Of a DNA stretch of 64,000 bases, positions 60,181 to 64,000 are shown in pieces. A program made the position numbers and the translations under genes. Source of the DNA: an uncultured Lachnospiraceae bacterium (GTDB taxonomy: Bacteria; Bacillota; Clostridia; Lachnospirales; Lachnospiraceae); contig CAJTMB010000013.1 in NCBI GenBank assembly GCA_910577105.1, positions 7,846 to 71,845 on the forward strand. Reading direction: 5' to 3'. Under the pieces are notes generated by a model. The model saw only the letters and a program-made list of their open reading frames with translations, was not told the origin of the DNA and searched no databases. Position 1 is the stretch's first letter. Each line of letters begins with the position of its first letter.

Positions 60181-60406
60181 TTTTCCTCCAACTCTGTTCT
60201 GTATAAATGATTATAAGAAGATTCTTTGAGTTGGTCAAGGACGGGAAAGAAGACAAAGGTTCACAGTATAAGGTAAAGCCGGAATTTCCCAAAAAGAAAA
60301 ATAGAGAGAAATGAAGGAAGATTTATTTGATGAAAATTCGTTAGAAATAGGGGAGTGATTGTGGTATTCTATTAGCGATACAATTAAAATATGAGGAGAG
60401 ATGCAT

Positions 60407-60618
60407 ATGCGAATAGAACATATTGCAATGTATGGACGCAAACAGGGTATATACATATAGCTTTTAGTTTAGGAAATAAAGAGGCGGTAAACGAACTTAC
60501 AGATAAGCTAAAAGATGATGGATACTACGTTATTAGTGAACCAAGGACTACTGGCGATGGATATTACGAAAGTTGTATTATAGGATTTGAGGGGAATCAA
60601 ATAGAAATTACAGAGTGA
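60407..60618 (+). pseudogene. VOC/glyoxalase gene with internal deletion
   Basis: 'MRIEHIAMY' start out of frame with '[11 protein letters not shown]...[11 protein letters not shown]...EGNQIEITE'. Confidence 0.75.
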
Positions 60619-60664
60619 CAAATTCCTGTTTTCCACACTGATAATATTTTGTGCAGAACAGGCA

Positions 60665-60853
60665 ATGCCGCTGACAGAACAAAGAGGAGAATGGGATAAT
60701 TTACAAATCATAAAAGCGATTCACCATTTGGAGGAGCCTATGCGGGAGGTAATGTATTTAAGGCTAATCGGCAATCTTTCTTTTGCCCAGATAGGAGAAA
60801 TCATGGAGAAAAGCGAAAACTGGGCAAGGGTAACTTTTCGGAGCACGGTTTGA
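60665..60853 (+). pseudogene. ECF sigma region-4 fragment
   Basis: 'IHHLEEPMREVMYLR..LSFAQIGEIM.KSENWARVTF'; no region 2. Confidence 0.7.
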
Positions 60854-60860
60854 CGAACGG

Positions 60861-61070
60861 ATGACGGATTATGCCTGTGTACTGATTGCCATGACGGATA
60901 ATCTTTCTGAGGTAAGCTGGACGTATACGGTGGAAACCGAAGCGGGGACGGTTGAGAGAAGTGCGCGCATTACACAGGAAGAATGTGACGCATATGTGGG
61001 AAGTCCGGTAAAGGCATTTGCGGAAAGTCCCGAAAAGGTTCAGGAATTACTGGATATACTGGATATCTGA
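60861..61070 (+). pseudogene. C-terminal fragment of a putative anti-sigma protein
   Basis: 'YACVLIAMTDNLSEVSWTY' directly after the sigma fragment; no N-terminus or TM. Confidence 0.5.
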
Positions 61071-61199
61071 ACAAACGCGGAATATAACAGGGACACCAAA
61101 GACCGTTTTTGGGGAATATATCTATGAAAGACCAAACGGTTATCTATAAAAGGATTGGGGAAAAGATACAAATTTGTAAAAAGATTGGAGAAAATTTAT

Positions 61200-61886
61200 A
61201 TGATTAGGCAGGCGGATAAACAAGATATTCCAAGGATAGCTGAGATTCTTGTGTTTGGAAAAAGGGTTGCATACAGACCGATATTCAAAAATGATTATGT
61301 GTCATTTAATGAATTGCAGGTTGTGCAATTGTATGAAGAATATAAAAACAATCCGGATAGATTGGCTGGGATGCTGCTATATGATGATGGAATTGTGAAA
61401 GGGGTAATAAATGGGCAGCAAATAGATGATAAAACAATCGAGGTTAAAGATTTTTATATTGACCCTTTTTTTGTGAGACAGGGGATAGGAACCCTTTTGC
61501 TGGAACATCTGATTCGTTTGGTAAGACAAAAAGGGGTACAGAAAATTGTTTTATGGGTTATAAAAGACAACGTGAATGCCAGAAGGTTTTATGAAGCTAA
61601 TCTTGAGTTTTCGCATTTTGCGTTGCGGCAGCCCCGGCGTGCATTTGTTCCAACAGGACACGCTCCCGCTCGGGTAAAAACGCAGTGGTACGTAGGATGC
61701 TATAGGACAGCATCCAAGTACCAGTGTTTTTACACGGTCCTTTATGGAATCAAATGCACGCCGGGGCTGCCGCAATGCAAAATGCGGAAACCCAAGGAAG
61801 CTAATGGCTTTCTTAATAATGGAAAAACGTGTATAATAGAAGGTACTACTAAAGAGGATTGTTGTTATGAATATGTGCTTGTATAA
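61200..61886 (+). CDS. GNAT acetyltransferase carrying an in-frame 204-bp insertion
   Basis: 'FYIDP..VRQGIGTLLL', 'LWV..N..ARRFYEAN-[65 aa]-EANGF'. Confidence 0.85.
   Translation: MIRQADKQDIPRIAEILVFGKRVAYRPIFKNDYVSFNELQVVQLYEEYKNNPDRLAGMLLYDDGIVKGVINGQQIDDKTIEVKDFYIDPFFVRQGIGTLLLEHLIRLVRQKGVQKIVLWVIKDNVNARRFYEANLEFSHFALRQPRRAFVPTGHAPARVKTQWYVGCYRTASKYQCFYTVLYGIKCTPGLPQCKMRKPKEANGFLNNGKTCIIEGTTKEDCCYEYVLV
61602..61796. mobile_element. 195-bp palindromic dispersed element, copy 3 (inverted), flanked by 9-bp TSD GAAGCTAAT
   Basis: Direct repeats at 61593-61601 and 61797-61805; 46-bp terminal IRs with 3 mismatches. Confidence 0.92.
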
Positions 61887-61915
61887 ATTTTTTCATGGAA
61901 AGGAGATGATGTGAT

Positions 61916-61990
61916 ATGAAAAATATTATTAATGACATTCAAATACGGAGGGTGACTATAATTTAGCTCTCCGTCAGTTAATGAGGAGAG
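61916..61990 (+). promoter_or_regulatory. Leader peptide MKNIINDIQIRRVTII (61916-61966) with alternative hairpins (translational attenuator)
   Basis: CTCTCC(GT) at 61967-61974 can pair with ACGGAGGG in the uORF or with the SD GGAGAG at 61985-61990. Confidence 0.65.
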
Positions 61991-61995
61991 AATGG

Positions 61996-62946
61996 ATGGA
62001 CATTTTAACTTTTGAAAAAAAACACGTCAAGGAAGCAATGGAAATTGCTCTTGCAAGCTATGATGATGAACGGCAATATGTAAAAGAGTTGCCACAGGTG
62101 TGTAATATTCCTGACTTATATGATTTGGCCGGGAATGGATTGGGTGTTGCTGCATTTGAAAATGAAAAAATGATAGGATTTTTGTGCTGTTGTGAACCCT
62201 TTGACAATGCGTTTCGTGCCACTGATGCGAGAGGAATTTTTTCTCCTATGGGTGCCAATGCAGCCGTTTCTCAAAACCGCTTAAAAATTTATGCTGCTAT
62301 GTATCAGGCGGCAGGGGAAAAGTGGGTAAAGGTTGGGGCAGTTTCCCACGCAATCTGCTTATACGCCCATGATGGAGAACTTCAGCAACAGTTTTTCCGT
62401 TATGGCTTTGGTTTGCGCTGTTTAGACGCTATCCGTCCGATGGAACCGATTGACTGCAAGCCTTGTGCAGGCTATGATTTTATTGAATTGTCAAAAGACG
62501 AGTATCATTCTGTATATCCGCTTCATTTGGCATTGTACCGCCATTATTGCAAAAGCCCTTTTTTTATGAATCGCAATCCCGGAACACAAGAGGAGTTTAC
62601 AGTATCCTCTATGCAGGATGGAGGACGTTACTTTGTGGCAAAGCAGAACGGAAACATATGTGCGTTTATGAAAATTTCGGTTCCCGGAGAAACGTTTGTT
62701 GCAACGGGTAATACCTATCGTCATATCAGGGGAGCATACTGCCTGCCGGAACACAGGGGGAAAGGATTATATCAAAATTTACTGAATTTTACCATATCTG
62801 TGTTAAGAAGAGAAGGTTATACCAGACTTGGAGTAGACTTTGAAAGTTTCAATCCAACAGCCCGCGGATTTTGGCTGAAATATTTTGATGCTTATACCAA
62901 TAGCGTAGTACGAAGAATTGATGAGCGAATTACGCAGCTAAGATGA
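61996..62946 (+). CDS. Tandem-domain GNAT acetyltransferase
   Basis: C-terminal 'GAYCLPEHRGKG', 'FNPTARGFWLKYF'. Confidence 0.85.
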   Translation: MDILTFEKKHVKEAMEIALASYDDERQYVKELPQVCNIPDLYDLAGNGLGVAAFENEKMIGFLCCCEPFDNAFRATDARGIFSPMGANAAVSQNRLKIYAAMYQAAGEKWVKVGAVSHAICLYAHDGELQQQFFRYGFGLRCLDAIRPMEPIDCKPCAGYDFIELSKDEYHSVYPLHLALYRHYCKSPFFMNRNPGTQEEFTVSSMQDGGRYFVAKQNGNICAFMKISVPGETFVATGNTYRHIRGAYCLPEHRGKGLYQNLLNFTISVLRREGYTRLGVDFESFNPTARGFWLKYFDAYTNSVVRRIDERITQLR

Positions 62947-63082
62947 TAAAAAGGTGCTCTTTTTTGGATTGGCAGGGAAAAGAATTATGGGTTTTTAATT
63001 GCGGCGCTGTTGCAGCGCCGCTTTTTTGATGCAATTTTGCTATAATGATTGCAAACAAAAGATAAAAGTAGTAAAATAGTTT

Positions 63083-63097
63083 TTGACCAATAGTCAA
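63083..63097. promoter_or_regulatory. Probable TetR operator TTGAC-N5-GTCAA
   Basis: Palindrome just upstream of the tetR-MFS operon. Confidence 0.55.
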
Positions 63098-63121
63098 TAA
63101 TTTGCAAAGGAGATTATTTAA

Positions 63122-63781
63122 TTGGCTCGACCAGTGAAAAAAACACCGGAACAATGGAAAAAAGAAATTCTGGACTCCGCACAAAAGTTGTTTATGTCCA
63201 AAGGATATGAGGAAACTTCCGTTTCCGATATTATGAATGCGGCAGGCGGTGCAAAGGGGATGTTTTACCGTTTCTTTCAAAGCAAAGAAGAAGTGATGCA
63301 TATTTTGGGAAACAGGATGTTTTTTGAGAACAATCCTTTCGAAAAAATCAGAGGACGAAGTGATTTAAACGGTTTGCAAAAAATCAGACAGCTGCTTGTT
63401 TACAATCAATCTGATGAGGAGCGGAACAAATTAAACCTGCAGGCGGTTTCCATTTTGAAAGACCCCCGTATTTTATCTGCGGCAATTGCGGAAAACAGGC
63501 GCATACTGACGCCTTTGTGGCTGGAATTACTGGAGGAGGGCAGGAAAGACGGTTCTATCAAATCTGAATATATCAAAGAGCTTTCCGAACTTCTGCCGCT
63601 TGTGGACTTTTGGTTTATCCCTTCGATATTTCCTTCCTCAGAGGAAGAATTGCGCCATAAGTATCATTTTGTCACGGAAGTCCTATCTCATATGGGTCTG
63701 CCTCTTTCGGATGAAGATATCATGCCGTTTACAGAGAAATTTATTGCAGAGATTTCAACGAAGAAAGGAAACGGATTATGA
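63122..63781 (+). CDS. TetR/AcrR family regulator
   Basis: 'LFMSKGYEETSVSDI..AGGAKGMFYRFFQSKEE'; TTG start with SD AGGAG. Confidence 0.9.
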   Translation: MARPVKKTPEQWKKEILDSAQKLFMSKGYEETSVSDIMNAAGGAKGMFYRFFQSKEEVMHILGNRMFFENNPFEKIRGRSDLNGLQKIRQLLVYNQSDEERNKLNLQAVSILKDPRILSAAIAENRRILTPLWLELLEEGRKDGSIKSEYIKELSELLPLVDFWFIPSIFPSSEEELRHKYHFVTEVLSHMGLPLSDEDIMPFTEKFIAEISTKKGNGL

Positions 63782-64000
63782 CGGAAAAATTATTTACAAG
63801 AAATTTTATTCTTCTTATTACCGGACAGCTTACTTCTTTGTTCGGGAATTTTATATTGAAGCTTGCGTTATCCATGTATGTGCTGGAAACAACCGGTTCA
63901 GCCGCTGTTTTTGCCGGGATATTGTCTGTGGCAGTCATTCCGACCATTATTCTCTCACCGTTAGGCGGGATATTTGCGGACAGGGTAAACAGGAAAAAAA
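63778..64000 (+). CDS. MFS transporter (DHA3/MefA-like), partial
   Basis: MTEKLFTRNFILLITGQ...SPLGGIFADRVNRK (MFS motif A); ATGA-coupled to tetR. Confidence 0.85.
   Translation, partial: MTEKLFTRNFILLITGQLTSLFGNFILKLALSMYVLETTGSAAVFAGILSVAVIPTIILSPLGGIFADRVNRKK

Overview
This is 64 kb of chromosome from a spore-forming Clostridia member, most likely Lachnospiraceae (inferred from gene content and synteny). Core genes include sbcD-sbcC, htpG (with a perfect CIRCE), greA, a DegV protein, a SleC-like cortex enzyme, purC-purB-purA, tig-clpP-clpX-lon-yihA, ytvI, truA, mntP (with a yybP-ykoY Mn riboswitch) and rho-rpmE-DUF1385-prmC-prfA. An accessory block after prfA (about 53.1-64 kb) holds regulators, hydrolases, GNATs and gene remnants. 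No rRNA, tRNA, CRISPR array or transposase was seen. Main observations: (1) a ~195-bp fully self-complementary element in three dispersed copies (1134-1328, 26091-26284, 61602-61796), with a near-invariant asymmetric core and many compensatory stem changes; one copy has a perfect 9-bp target duplication and sits in frame inside a GNAT gene. (2) A duplicated module of SD, 8-codon uORF and hairpin in front of a Mor-like CD3324 gene and a DUF1062 gene, plus a third leader-peptide attenuator before a GNAT. (3) An Rpn nuclease with a perfect internal SD/ATG (probable intragenic antitoxin), translationally coupled to sbcCD. (4) An A-B-A' hairpin mosaic inside the rpmE-prfA region. (5) An uncharacterised four-gene operon containing a divergent Hsp70/actin-fold protein. 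Family names come from motif recognition, not database searches.
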